Shown in pieces: positions 41,184-49,975 of a DNA stretch of 64,000 nt. The first letter of the stretch is position 1, and each line of letters begins with the position of its first letter. Source of the stretch: an uncultured delta proteobacterium (GTDB taxonomy: Bacteria > Myxococcota_A > Polyangia > Polyangiales > B10-G4); assembly GCA_963727445.1 (NCBI GenBank), contig CAVSGI010000015.1:320001-384000 (forward strand). Reading direction: 5' to 3'. Made by a program: the position numbers and the translations under genes. The notes under the pieces were generated by a model. The model was not told the origin of the DNA and searched no databases. It saw only the letters and a program-made list of their open reading frames with translations.

Positions 41184-42685
41184 GGATGACCCGCTTCGAG
41201 CGGAAGATCATCGCCGCCATCCTGGCGGTGGCGCTCCTGCCCTTCTTCGGCACCATCGCCCTCGGCTATGTGGGCTTCCGCGAGGCCTATCAGGTCGGCG
41301 TGAACCCGCGGGTCGAGGCCCAGCTCGAGAGCGCGCTGTCCATCTACCGCGCCCACTTCGTGGCCCTCCGCGAGGGCGCCGAGCGTACGGCGGACGCGAT
41401 CGCCTACGACCGTCGCCTCTCGGAGGCCCTGGCGACGGGGGACCGCGACGAGCTCCGGGCGTGGGTGGGCGGCGAGCTCGAACGCTACGACGACGTCGCC
41501 CGGATCGAGATCCGCGGCGCGGACGAGGTGCTCGCCAGTGAAGCGAAGGACGCGCTCCTCGACGAAGAGCGCTACCGGCACCTCTCGCTCACGCGGGACA
41601 TCGAGCCCGCGCCGGGACCTGCGCCCCTGATCGTGGACGTGACCGTGGCGACCGAGGCCGAGCCCTTCATCGAGTACCAGCGGGCGGGCGAGGTGGCGGA
41701 GGTCTACTCCCGGCTCGAGGAGGGGAGCGCGGAGGTGTCGCTCTTCTATCTCGCCGTCTACGTCGGATTCCTTCTGAGCGTGATGGTGGTGGCGGTGGCG
41801 GTGGGGGTGGTCGCCTCGCGGCGGGTCACCGGGCGCGTCGCGGATCTCGCGGCGGCCACCGAGCGGGTCGGCGCCGGCGATCTCGACGTGGTGGTGCCGA
41901 CCGATGTGAACGACGAGGTCGGCGAGCTCACGCGCGCCTTCAACGAGATGGTCCGTGATCTGCGCGAGTCACGGGACCGCATCGAGTACCTGCAGCGGAT
42001 CGGTGCGTGGCAGGACTTCGCCCGGCGCCTCGCGCACGAGATCAAGAACCCGCTCACGCCGATTCAGCTCGCGGCCCAGGAGGTGGCGCGGGCCTATCGG
42101 GGTGACGACCCGGCCTACGGGGCGAAGGTGGAGGAGGCCCGCTCCATCATCGAAGAGGAGGTGGCGACACTGCGGCGCCTGGTGGGGGAGTTCAGCGAGT
42201 TCGCGAAGCTGCCCCGCGCGGAGCTCTCCGAGGCGGACCTGGGTGATTTCCTCACGGATACGGAGCGGTCGCTGCCCGCCGCGCTCGCCGCGCCAGAGGG
42301 GGTGGAGGTGCGCTTCGAGGAGGTGGCGGAGCCGCTGTCGGTGCGGGTCGATGCCATGATGCTCAAGCGCTGCGTGGACAATCTGGTGCTGAACGCGGTG
42401 GAGGCGCTCGCGGAGGAGGGACAGGGCGGGGAGGTCGTGGTGCGCGGGCTCAGAGATGGGTCGAGGGCGGTGATCGAGGTCGCCGACGACGGCCCGGGGA
42501 TCGACGGAGACCCTGCGCGGATCTTCGACCCCTACTACACGACGAAGTCCGAGGGCACGGGGCTCGGGCTCGCGATCGTGAAGAAGGTCGTCCTCGAGCA
42601 CGGCGGCGCGATCGGGGTGACGAGGAACGAGGGGGGTGGATCGGTCTTCCGCATCTCCCTTCCCCTCACGGAGAAGGGGTCTTGA
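41180..42685 (+). CDS. NtrY-like HAMP sensor histidine kinase
   Basis: Two TM segments, HAMP (DEVGELTRAFNEM), AWQDFARRLAHEIKNPLTPIQL, DDGPG, GTGLGLAI. Confidence 0.9.
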   Translation: MRMTRFERKIIAAILAVALLPFFGTIALGYVGFREAYQVGVNPRVEAQLESALSIYRAHFVALREGAERTADAIAYDRRLSEALATGDRDELRAWVGGELERYDDVARIEIRGADEVLASEAKDALLDEERYRHLSLTRDIEPAPGPAPLIVDVTVATEAEPFIEYQRAGEVAEVYSRLEEGSAEVSLFYLAVYVGFLLSVMVVAVAVGVVASRRVTGRVADLAAATERVGAGDLDVVVPTDVNDEVGELTRAFNEMVRDLRESRDRIEYLQRIGAWQDFARRLAHEIKNPLTPIQLAAQEVARAYRGDDPAYGAKVEEARSIIEEEVATLRRLVGEFSEFAKLPRAELSEADLGDFLTDTERSLPAALAAPEGVEVRFEEVAEPLSVRVDAMMLKRCVDNLVLNAVEALAEEGQGGEVVVRGLRDGSRAVIEVADDGPGIDGDPARIFDPYYTTKSEGTGLGLAIVKKVVLEHGGAIGVTRNEGGGSVFRISLPLTEKGS

Positions 42686-43221
42686 GCAAAGAGTCGAAGA
42701 CGCCGTGGCTGATCGCGGTGGCGCTGCCTGCGGCCGTCTTGCTCTTCGCCGGGCTCAGCCTGTGGCTCACGGGGCGACCGGCGGCCCCCGACTTCACCCT
42801 CCCGATCGTCGCGGGGGAAGGCGCGGCCCATGGCGATCGCATCCGGCTCTCCGAGCTCCGCGGTCGGGTCGTGCTCCTCGACTTCTGGGCCAGCTGGTGC
42901 GGGCCCTGTCGCCAGTCGATCCCGATCATCAACGACGTCGCCGCCGACTACGAGGCGCAGGGTCTGACCGTCCTCGGGATCAACGTCGAGCCCGAGCTGA
43001 GCGCCGACGAGCTGAACGGCGCGCACGCGACCTTCGGCGCGACCTTCCCCTCACTCCAGGACTCGGCGCGGGATCTGGAACGCGCCTATGGGATCGACAG
43101 CCTGCCCACCCTGGTCGTCATCGACCGCTCGGGTGTCATTCGCGACGCACGGCCAGGCGTCCCTGACGAGGGGCGACTGCGCCGTTTGGTGGAGGAGCTG
43201 GTCGCGGAGAGTCAGCAGTGA
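42682..43221 (+). CDS. TlpA family thiol:disulfide oxidoreductase
   Basis: N-terminal TM, APDFTL, LLDFWASWCGPC, LPTLVVID. Confidence 0.9.
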   Translation: MSKESKTPWLIAVALPAAVLLFAGLSLWLTGRPAAPDFTLPIVAGEGAAHGDRIRLSELRGRVVLLDFWASWCGPCRQSIPIINDVAADYEAQGLTVLGINVEPELSADELNGAHATFGATFPSLQDSARDLERAYGIDSLPTLVVIDRSGVIRDARPGVPDEGRLRRLVEELVAESQQ

Positions 43222-43232
43222 TAGGCCAGTGA

Positions 43233-43288
43233 TATCAGATGGTTAGGGGGTGTGAAGGTTGACACCAACCCCTCGGGGCCGTTATGCT
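43233..43288 (+). promoter_or_regulatory. Sigma70-type promoter of the Fic gene with an upstream IHF-like site
   Basis: TTGACA(43259)-N18-TATGCT(43283); TATCAGATGGTTA (43233-43245) fits WATCAR-N4-TTR. Confidence 0.55.
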
Positions 43289-43331
43289 CCGCCGCCCCAA
43301 CCGACCTTTGTCATTCGGCTAGGAAAACTCC

Positions 43332-44117
43332 TTGGTTCAAATTCTCCGCGGCGGAAGTCTCGAGGAGCGGGTGACCCGCTTACACGAGGTCACTTCGAAG
43401 GCCCCCAAGTCACTTCACGACCAGTTCGCGGAGCGCCTCGACATCACGTGGATCTACCACGACAGCGCGCTCGAAGGGATCGTCTACAGCTTCGACGAGC
43501 TCAAGGCAGCCATCGACGATCGGGTCGTCAGTGATACCTCTCTGATACCTGTGTACGACGAGATCCGTCAGCACAAGGCGGCGATCGATCTCGTTCGCGA
43601 GCTCGCGGAGAAGAAGCGCCTCAGCATCAACCTCGAGGTCATCAAGAAGATCTACGTGACCCTCATCCCGGAGGAGGGTGAGGGCAAGGGCGCGCCGAAG
43701 TACCGCAAGGACATGCCGCTTCATCGGCTCTACTTCCACGACATCGCGCAGCCCGAGAAGATCCGCCACCAGACGCGCCAGCTGGTGCAGTGGATGAACG
43801 CCGCGGAGACCAAGCGGTCGACCCACTCGGTGCGACTCGCGGCGAAGGCCCACTACAAGCTCCTGCACATCTACCCCTTCGCGAAGCACAGCGGGAAGGT
43901 CGCGCGCCTGATGATGAACCTCATCCTGATGCGTCAGGGCTATCCCCCGGCGATCATCCACGCGACCGAGCGCCAGCGTTACTACGACGCGCTCAAGACC
44001 TCCGAGGACGCGACGGCCAAGCTCGTCACCGACGCCCTCGCCTCCTCGGTGGAGAGTACGATCCACTTCTACGAGGAGTCGCTCGGGCTCAAGTCGACGG
44101 TTTCGCTGGCCGACTAG
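43332..44117 (+). CDS. Fic family protein with degenerate active-site motif
   Basis: WIYHDSALEG inhibitory-type motif; LLHIYPFAKHSGKVARLMMN instead of HPFxDGNGRxxR; start uncertain. Confidence 0.8.
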   Translation: MVQILRGGSLEERVTRLHEVTSKAPKSLHDQFAERLDITWIYHDSALEGIVYSFDELKAAIDDRVVSDTSLIPVYDEIRQHKAAIDLVRELAEKKRLSINLEVIKKIYVTLIPEEGEGKGAPKYRKDMPLHRLYFHDIAQPEKIRHQTRQLVQWMNAAETKRSTHSVRLAAKAHYKLLHIYPFAKHSGKVARLMMNLILMRQGYPPAIIHATERQRYYDALKTSEDATAKLVTDALASSVESTIHFYEESLGLKSTVSLAD

Positions 44118-44144
44118 AAGCCAAGAGCGCCAGAGGGTGGCCTG

Positions 44145-44858
44145 TTACGCGTCTCCGCCCGGCAACAGGTCGTACATCTCCGGGCCCATGACCTCGCCGT
44201 GCAGGGCGATGCGGTCGCCAGCCTCGAAGTCGATCACCACCAGCGTCTTTCCGCCGGGGCCTCCGAGGATCACGTATTCGGCGCGCGCGGTGGTCAGGGG
44301 GAGATGCTCTCCCTCGGTGCGAACGTCCGCGTGACCGCGGCGGCGCAGCTTGAGCCGCAAGCCCTCGATGGGCAGCTCGGTGGGGACCGCGCCGCCCGGC
44401 ACCTCGTCGGTGTGGGCGAGGAAGGCGACGTCGCGCGCCTCGGCGTCGAGCTGGGCGATGTGGGTCGCCCGCGCCGCGCCGGGGGCCGCGAAGAGGCTCA
44501 ACGCGAAACCCTCTTCGTCGAGATACACCTCGCCGGCGAGCCAGAGCTCGGTGTCGGCGTAGAGGATCACGTCGCCTACGCGCAGGCCGCGGGGTGATTG
44601 CGGCCGCGCGCGCTTCTTCTCCTCGCCGGCCTCCGCTTCGCCCGAGGGCTCGGAGTCGCGATCCGTCTCATCGTCGTCCTTGGAGGTCTCGGCCTTCGCC
44701 GCCGACGCATCGGTCCCGTCGCCCCTCTCGAGCGCAGCTGCGGCCTCCCGACGCTTCGCGCGACGTATCGCGAGGGCGCCGAGGACGACGATCCCCGCAC
44801 CGACCGCTAGCTCGATGATCACCGTCAGGGCGTCTATCAAATCCCAGCCACGATTCAA
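44145..44858 (-). CDS. Hypothetical membrane-anchored protein
   Basis: N-terminal TM, charged linker, beta-rich C-terminus (LRVGDVILY). Confidence 0.6.
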   Translation of the reverse strand: MNRGWDLIDALTVIIELAVGAGIVVLGALAIRRAKRREAAAALERGDGTDASAAKAETSKDDDETDRDSEPSGEAEAGEEKKRARPQSPRGLRVGDVILYADTELWLAGEVYLDEEGFALSLFAAPGAARATHIAQLDAEARDVAFLAHTDEVPGGAVPTELPIEGLRLKLRRRGHADVRTEGEHLPLTTARAEYVILGGPGGKTLVVIDFEAGDRIALHGEVMGPEMYDLLPGGDA

Positions 44859-44895
44859 ATCACCGTCCGCCGGATGTGCTCTATCCTCCCGCGCG

Positions 44896-46686
44896 GTGCA
44901 GCGCCGTCCGAAGATCGTCCTCGTCTCCGCTCTCGCGGTCGTGGGGCTTCTGCTCTTCGGGCTCGCCCTCGCGCGCTACCGGACCTTTCACAACGAGACC
45001 TTCGATCTCGCGTTCTACGGGCGGATGGCCTGGGGACCGTGGCGCGGCATCTTCTGGGATCCGGTGGTCGGCGCCCACATGCTCGGGCTCCACGTCTCGC
45101 TGGTGATCCTGCCCCTCGGCGTCGCCAGTCTGATCGAGGGCGCGATCATCCCCTTTCTCCTGGCGGTGCAGGCGGCGGCGGTGGTGCTCGCCGCGATCCC
45201 CTTCGCGCGCATGGCCGAACGTCGCTTCGGGAGCTGGGGCGCCCTGGCGGGCGGGGCGGCCTGGCTCCTCTATCCGAACATCGGCCATGTCGCGACCTAC
45301 GAGTGGCATCCGGGGACCCTCGCCGTGCTTCCGCTGGCGTACGCCCTCGAGGCGCTCGACCGGCGCGCGGCCAAGCCCTTCCTCGTGAGCGCGCTCCTGG
45401 TCCTCGCGTGTCGCGAGGACCTCGGCCTCTGCCTCGCGCTCCTCGGCCTCCTCGCCTTTTGGGCCGACCCGGGCATGCGCCGCGTAGGCGCGATCCTCTC
45501 CGGCGTCTCCGTCCTCTACGTCGCGCTCTTCGCGCTGGTCCTCTTGCCGCGCCTCGGCCCCGAGACCGGCTCGGTGCATCTGCATTTCGGGAAGTGGGGC
45601 GACTCTCTGGGGGGCGCCGTCGTCGGCATGCTCACGCACCCCCGCGCGGTGCTCGAGCATCTCGCCGAGCCAGCGCGCCTGACGTATCTGCCGCGGCTGC
45701 TCCTGCCCCTCGCGGGCCTCTCGCTCCTGCGGCCGAAGTGGTTGATCCCGGCGCTGCCCTTCGTCGCCATCAACCTGATGAGCGAGTGGCCCACGACCAC
45801 CGATCTCGACAGCCACTACCAGACGATCCTCCTGCCCTTCCTCGTCGCGGCCGCCATCGACGGGGCGGCGCGCGCGAGCGAGCGGGTCGATCGCCGCGTC
45901 GTCCTCTTCGCCCTGGTGGGCGCCGCGACCGTGGGCCACGCGGCGCTCGGTGGAACGCCCCTCGCCGTCGACTTCGATGGGTCGAAGTTCACCACCGACG
46001 CGCGAACCCTCGCCGCGCGCGCGGCGCTGGCCGAGATCCCCGAGGACGAGAGCGTTCAGGCGCCTTACGCCCTGATGCCGCACCTGGTGGAGCGCGAGCT
46101 GGTGAGCGCCGCCCCGCCCCCCGACAAGAACTACGCCTTCGTGGTCCTCGATGCCTGGCATCGCCAGCGTTACGCCCAGGACGAGAGCCTGCTTCGAACC
46201 TCCGAGGAGCCCACCGTTCGCGATTGGCTCGCCCGCGACGACTACGGGTTGGTCCTGTCGCAGGCGCCGTACCTCGTCTTCGAGCGAGGTGCCGATCCGC
46301 GCGCGCTCCCTCGCGAGCGCGGTATCCTGCGCAGGGGCGGTGAGGCGGCCGACGCGCGCGGGGTCCGCCTCACCGCGTGTCTCTATCTGGTCGGCTGGTC
46401 GCGCGCGGAGCACGAGCTCCATCTCGACATGCGCGCGGTCAGCGAATGCGGGGCCGACATGGCGATCCGGATCGGCCGGGGTGAGCGACCTTCTCGGGTG
46501 GACCTTCTCTTCGGAGGGCTCCTGTCGCCAGCGCATCTCGAGCCAGGGGATCGCCTGCGCTCCGCGCATCCCCTGGACGACGCCGAGGCGCGCGCCTTCG
46601 ACGCGGGGGAGCTCCGAGTGGGCCTGTTACGCTCGAGCGGCGCCCGCCCCTCCCACGGCGATCCGGTCTCGGTGCCGCTGCGCTGA
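44896..46686 (+). CDS. DUF2079 family polytopic membrane protein
   Basis: FDLAFY, LGLHVS, YEWHP, LACREDL, SHYQ; many TM segments. Confidence 0.75.
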   Translation: MQRRPKIVLVSALAVVGLLLFGLALARYRTFHNETFDLAFYGRMAWGPWRGIFWDPVVGAHMLGLHVSLVILPLGVASLIEGAIIPFLLAVQAAAVVLAAIPFARMAERRFGSWGALAGGAAWLLYPNIGHVATYEWHPGTLAVLPLAYALEALDRRAAKPFLVSALLVLACREDLGLCLALLGLLAFWADPGMRRVGAILSGVSVLYVALFALVLLPRLGPETGSVHLHFGKWGDSLGGAVVGMLTHPRAVLEHLAEPARLTYLPRLLLPLAGLSLLRPKWLIPALPFVAINLMSEWPTTTDLDSHYQTILLPFLVAAAIDGAARASERVDRRVVLFALVGAATVGHAALGGTPLAVDFDGSKFTTDARTLAARAALAEIPEDESVQAPYALMPHLVERELVSAAPPPDKNYAFVVLDAWHRQRYAQDESLLRTSEEPTVRDWLARDDYGLVLSQAPYLVFERGADPRALPRERGILRRGGEAADARGVRLTACLYLVGWSRAEHELHLDMRAVSECGADMAIRIGRGERPSRVDLLFGGLLSPAHLEPGDRLRSAHPLDDAEARAFDAGELRVGLLRSSGARPSHGDPVSVPLR

Positions 46687-46696
46687 CTGGAACCCT

Positions 46697-47053
46697 CTAA
46701 CTCTCGATGTCGTCGGGATTGACGAGGATGTAGCGACCGGCCGAGGAGCGCCTCTTTCGGGCGGGCTCTTCCGGAGCTGCTGCGGGCGGCGCCTCGCTGA
46801 GCGGCGGCGGGCGATTCGAGGGCGAGGCCATCATCTCCGCCAGCTCTTCGGGGGAGCTCTTCGCGTCTTCGAGAGCGTTCTGCACCTTGCGGGTGTGGGC
46901 GATCATCGCCAGGACGCTGCGCGCGCGAGCGTACTTGCGGCGGAGGTCCACGAGCTCTTCGCGGGCCTCGGCGAGAGAGCGCTTCGTGTCTTCGAGCTCT
47001 GCTTCGAGGCGATCGATCTTCGCGGCGAAGGCGTCGTCTTGATCGCGATACAC
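46697..47053 (-). CDS. Hypothetical coiled-coil protein
   Basis: MYRD start, heptad-rich helix, Pro-rich tail. Confidence 0.55.
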   Translation of the reverse strand: MYRDQDDAFAAKIDRLEAELEDTKRSLAEAREELVDLRRKYARARSVLAMIAHTRKVQNALEDAKSSPEELAEMMASPSNRPPPLSEAPPAAAPEEPARKRRSSAGRYILVNPDDIES

Positions 47054-47110
47054 GGGGCGGATCCAGCCTACGTTGGCGATGTGCAGCGCCGAAGCGCTAC
47101 GCGCGCAACC

Positions 47111-47416
47111 TCAAAGGGACGGGATCTTGCGCGCCGGCTGTGCGATCGCGCCGGGAAGGCGCTGCGCGAGAGGCCAGTTGGGCGCGGGGCGCGTCGCACG
47201 CTCGAGGACGGCGCGCTTCTCGGCGGGAAGGCTCACGAGCCACGCGTCATCGGCGTGGGGCTTCTCGCGGGTGAGGGTGAAGGGCAGAGCCGGGGGCTCG
47301 GGCGCCGAGACCAACTGCGCCTCGTGGCTTCCGTCGACCACGGTGGGCATGTCCTCGAAGCCCGTGGGCATGAGCTCGAGCTCCTTCTTCATCTCCGCTG
47401 CGGTGACTTGCTTCAT
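47111..47416 (-). CDS. Hypothetical protein
   Basis: High-GC3 ORF with GAGGAG upstream of ATG 47416. Confidence 0.5.
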   Translation of the reverse strand: MKQVTAAEMKKELELMPTGFEDMPTVVDGSHEAQLVSAPEPPALPFTLTREKPHADDAWLVSLPAEKRAVLERATRPAPNWPLAQRLPGAIAQPARKIPSL

Positions 47417-47568
47417 GACCCAACTCCTCGTCTCGACCCGGAACAACGCAGGCTCCATGCCACCTGCACCTACATGGGTCAAGCGGGAGATCATTGTGGA
47501 AAAGCACCAGCAAGGTGGCGGATCGATCAGCCAGCACTGACAAGCGCGTCGTGGATCTGTGAGCTGAC

Positions 47569-48699
47569 TCAGAGGCGAGCGCGTTCGCCGAACTGCCGCT
47601 CCATCTCGGCGGCGTGCTCGAGGACGTGATCGCGGCGCTCGAAGAGGTCGTCGAGCTGCCTATCGCTCAGGAACGGCGCGAGGGGATCCTGGGCCATGCG
47701 CCGCTCGAGGCGCGCGCGGTCGAGCCGACGGAGACGCCCGAGCGTGCTCCACCGGAAGCGCTGAAGGGCGTGGAGGCGCGCGTCCATGAGCGGCACGCGC
47801 GCGCCGCGAGGACCCGCCGTGAAGCCAGCGCCGTTGTCGAGATAGATCAGCGGGCCGGCCTCGCCGCGGGTGCGCACGTTCTGGAAGTTGCCACCCCAGC
47901 GGTCGACGTTCGTGGTCAGGTAGTCGAAGACGATCATGTCGCTGAGCTCGGCGGCGCGGTCTTCGGTGTCGGGGGTGTCGGCGGCGATCTCGCCTTCGGT
48001 CTGCACGTGGGCGTCGCGCCAGTCGCGCGGGCGCTGGTAGGGCGAGATGAGCAGCGAGCTCTCGTTGCGCACCCACTTGTCCCACCGTCGGCCGGCGTTC
48101 AGTCGCTCGAGTCGCTCGGGGATCCACCAGATGAAGGCGCCGCGCACGGTGCCGTCCTCCTGGACGATCACCTCGTCCACGCGCTCGTCGCCCATCGCCG
48201 CCTGACGGAGCGGCTCCCATTCGATCACGCGACCGATGGTCGGCGGGACCCGGCCGAGACCGAGCTCTCGGTCGAGGTAGTAGGCGCCGAGCTCGGAGTA
48301 GAAATGCGCAGCCGAGAAGGTCTGCTCCGGCTTGTAGTAGCCGACGGTTCCGTCGGCGAGGGTGACCTTGAAGGCGAGAGAGCGTCCGCCGTGGCCGCGC
48401 TCGACTTCCACGATCTCCTCGTTGGCGAGGGCGTCGCGCATGTCGTGATCGAGCTCGCCCAGGAAGCGGCTCCGGCGATCGACCTCGACAGGCGTGGGCG
48501 ATTCCGCCGGCTCTGGGGTGGGCGCTTCGGCTTCGGCGGGCTCCTGCTGGGCGCCGGGATCGTCGGGGGCGACGGTCGGCGCGGGCTCATGCGCGCGCAT
48601 GACCGGCGGGTTCGGGGGGGCGGAAGCAGAAGCCTGATCGCAGGCCGAGAGCAGGGGGGCCGCCGCCACCGACAGGACGAGGAGGAGGTGTCTACACAT
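47569..48699 (-). CDS. Lipoprotein with Fam20C/Four-jointed-like atypical kinase domain
   Basis: LLSAC lipobox, Pro/Glu linker, GGRSLAFKV...YYKP, SELGAYYLDRELGLGRVPPTIGR, DMIVFDYLTTNVDRW, LIYLDNGAGF. Confidence 0.75.
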   Translation of the reverse strand: MCRHLLLVLSVAAAPLLSACDQASASAPPNPPVMRAHEPAPTVAPDDPGAQQEPAEAEAPTPEPAESPTPVEVDRRSRFLGELDHDMRDALANEEIVEVERGHGGRSLAFKVTLADGTVGYYKPEQTFSAAHFYSELGAYYLDRELGLGRVPPTIGRVIEWEPLRQAAMGDERVDEVIVQEDGTVRGAFIWWIPERLERLNAGRRWDKWVRNESSLLISPYQRPRDWRDAHVQTEGEIAADTPDTEDRAAELSDMIVFDYLTTNVDRWGGNFQNVRTRGEAGPLIYLDNGAGFTAGPRGARVPLMDARLHALQRFRWSTLGRLRRLDRARLERRMAQDPLAPFLSDRQLDDLFERRDHVLEHAAEMERQFGERARL

Positions 48700-48842
48700 G
48701 CGTCTTTCCTTTGTCGCTCGGATCAGCGAATCGGGCCAGAAACGTGTCCTGGCGCACGCGATCGTGTCGCCGCTGGAACACGCGATGGCGTCGATTGCCA
48801 GGGCCTGAGCGTGGGTCCGGCGGTTGCAGCAGCGGAGGCTCG

Positions 48843-49931
48843 ATGCGCGGGACGCTGCTCTTTCTTCTGTTCACGATCGCCTTGTCGTCGGGGCGCGCGC
48901 TCGCGCAGGAGGCGCACTCGGACGTCTGGTCCGAGCCGAATCCGGGCGTTCGATATCTCCACCGCACGACGGACCTGCCGTGCACCATCCATGCCCTGGT
49001 CGTGGACCTCTCGGCGGACGGCGTGCGGATCGAAGCGACGCCCTACGAGGAACGCTGGCAGTCCGTGGGGAGCTGGGCGCGTGAGACGGACGCCGTCGCC
49101 GCGGTGAACGGCGGGTTCTGGAGCGGGTTCGCGCGTCCCGATGGCATCGCGGCCGGCGGCGGCGAGCCGTGGCCCGGCGCCGAGGACGACGCCGACCACG
49201 GCTTCTTTGCGGTGGATGATTCGGGTCGCGCGTTCATCAGCCCGCCCGAGGTGGTGGAGGAAGAGATCCCATCACGGGTGCGCGGCGCCGTCTCCGGCCG
49301 GCCGATGATCGTGCGCGGCGGCGAGGTCGACACGCTGTCCCTCGACACCTTCGAGCACGCGCGCAATCGGCACCCCCGGACCGCGGTGGGCGTGTCGCGG
49401 GATGGGCGCACCGTGTACTTCGTGGTCGCCGACGGGCGGCGCGCCCACAGCCGCGGGCAGAACCTCTACGAGCTCGCGGAGCTCATGCGGGAGCTCGGTG
49501 CCTACGACGCGATCAACCTCGACGGCGGCGGGTCGAGCACGATGTACGTCGAGTCCCTCGGGGGCGTCGTGAACGCGCCGAGCGGCGGGCGATGGGAGTC
49601 GGCGTTGGGGCTCGGCGCCGACGAGGAGGTGGCGCGAGAGCGGGTGGCGCGAGACGGGATTCAGGAGAGCTGGGTGCGCGGTGTCGAGCGCGAGGTCATG
49701 AATCACGTCGGCGTGTTCGCGCCGCGCCCGGAGTCGATGGACGTGGCTTCGGCCAACGACACGCTGCCGCGACCGGACGACGTTAGAGCGCCCTCGGCCC
49801 CGCCACCGCGCGCGCCGCTCTTCCGTCTCGGCACGGCGCGCGAGGTTCTCTATCCACTGCTCTGGGGATTCGTCTGCGCCGTCCCGCTCTTCCTCGCCCT
49901 CGCGATCTGGAGACGTCGCCGTCGCGCGTGA
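48843..49931 (+). CDS. Phosphodiester glycosidase (NAGPA/DUF2233) family exported protein with C-terminal TM anchor
   Basis: Signal peptide, AAVNGGF, RHPRTAVG, VVADGR, AINLDGGGSSTM, hydrophobic helix plus RRRRR tail. Confidence 0.85.
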   Translation: MRGTLLFLLFTIALSSGRALAQEAHSDVWSEPNPGVRYLHRTTDLPCTIHALVVDLSADGVRIEATPYEERWQSVGSWARETDAVAAVNGGFWSGFARPDGIAAGGGEPWPGAEDDADHGFFAVDDSGRAFISPPEVVEEEIPSRVRGAVSGRPMIVRGGEVDTLSLDTFEHARNRHPRTAVGVSRDGRTVYFVVADGRRAHSRGQNLYELAELMRELGAYDAINLDGGGSSTMYVESLGGVVNAPSGGRWESALGLGADEEVARERVARDGIQESWVRGVEREVMNHVGVFAPRPESMDVASANDTLPRPDDVRAPSAPPPRAPLFRLGTAREVLYPLLWGFVCAVPLFLALAIWRRRRRA

Positions 49932-49975
49932 GGTTTCACTGGATCGGCGGCCACGCATTGGCGACATTTCCGCTG

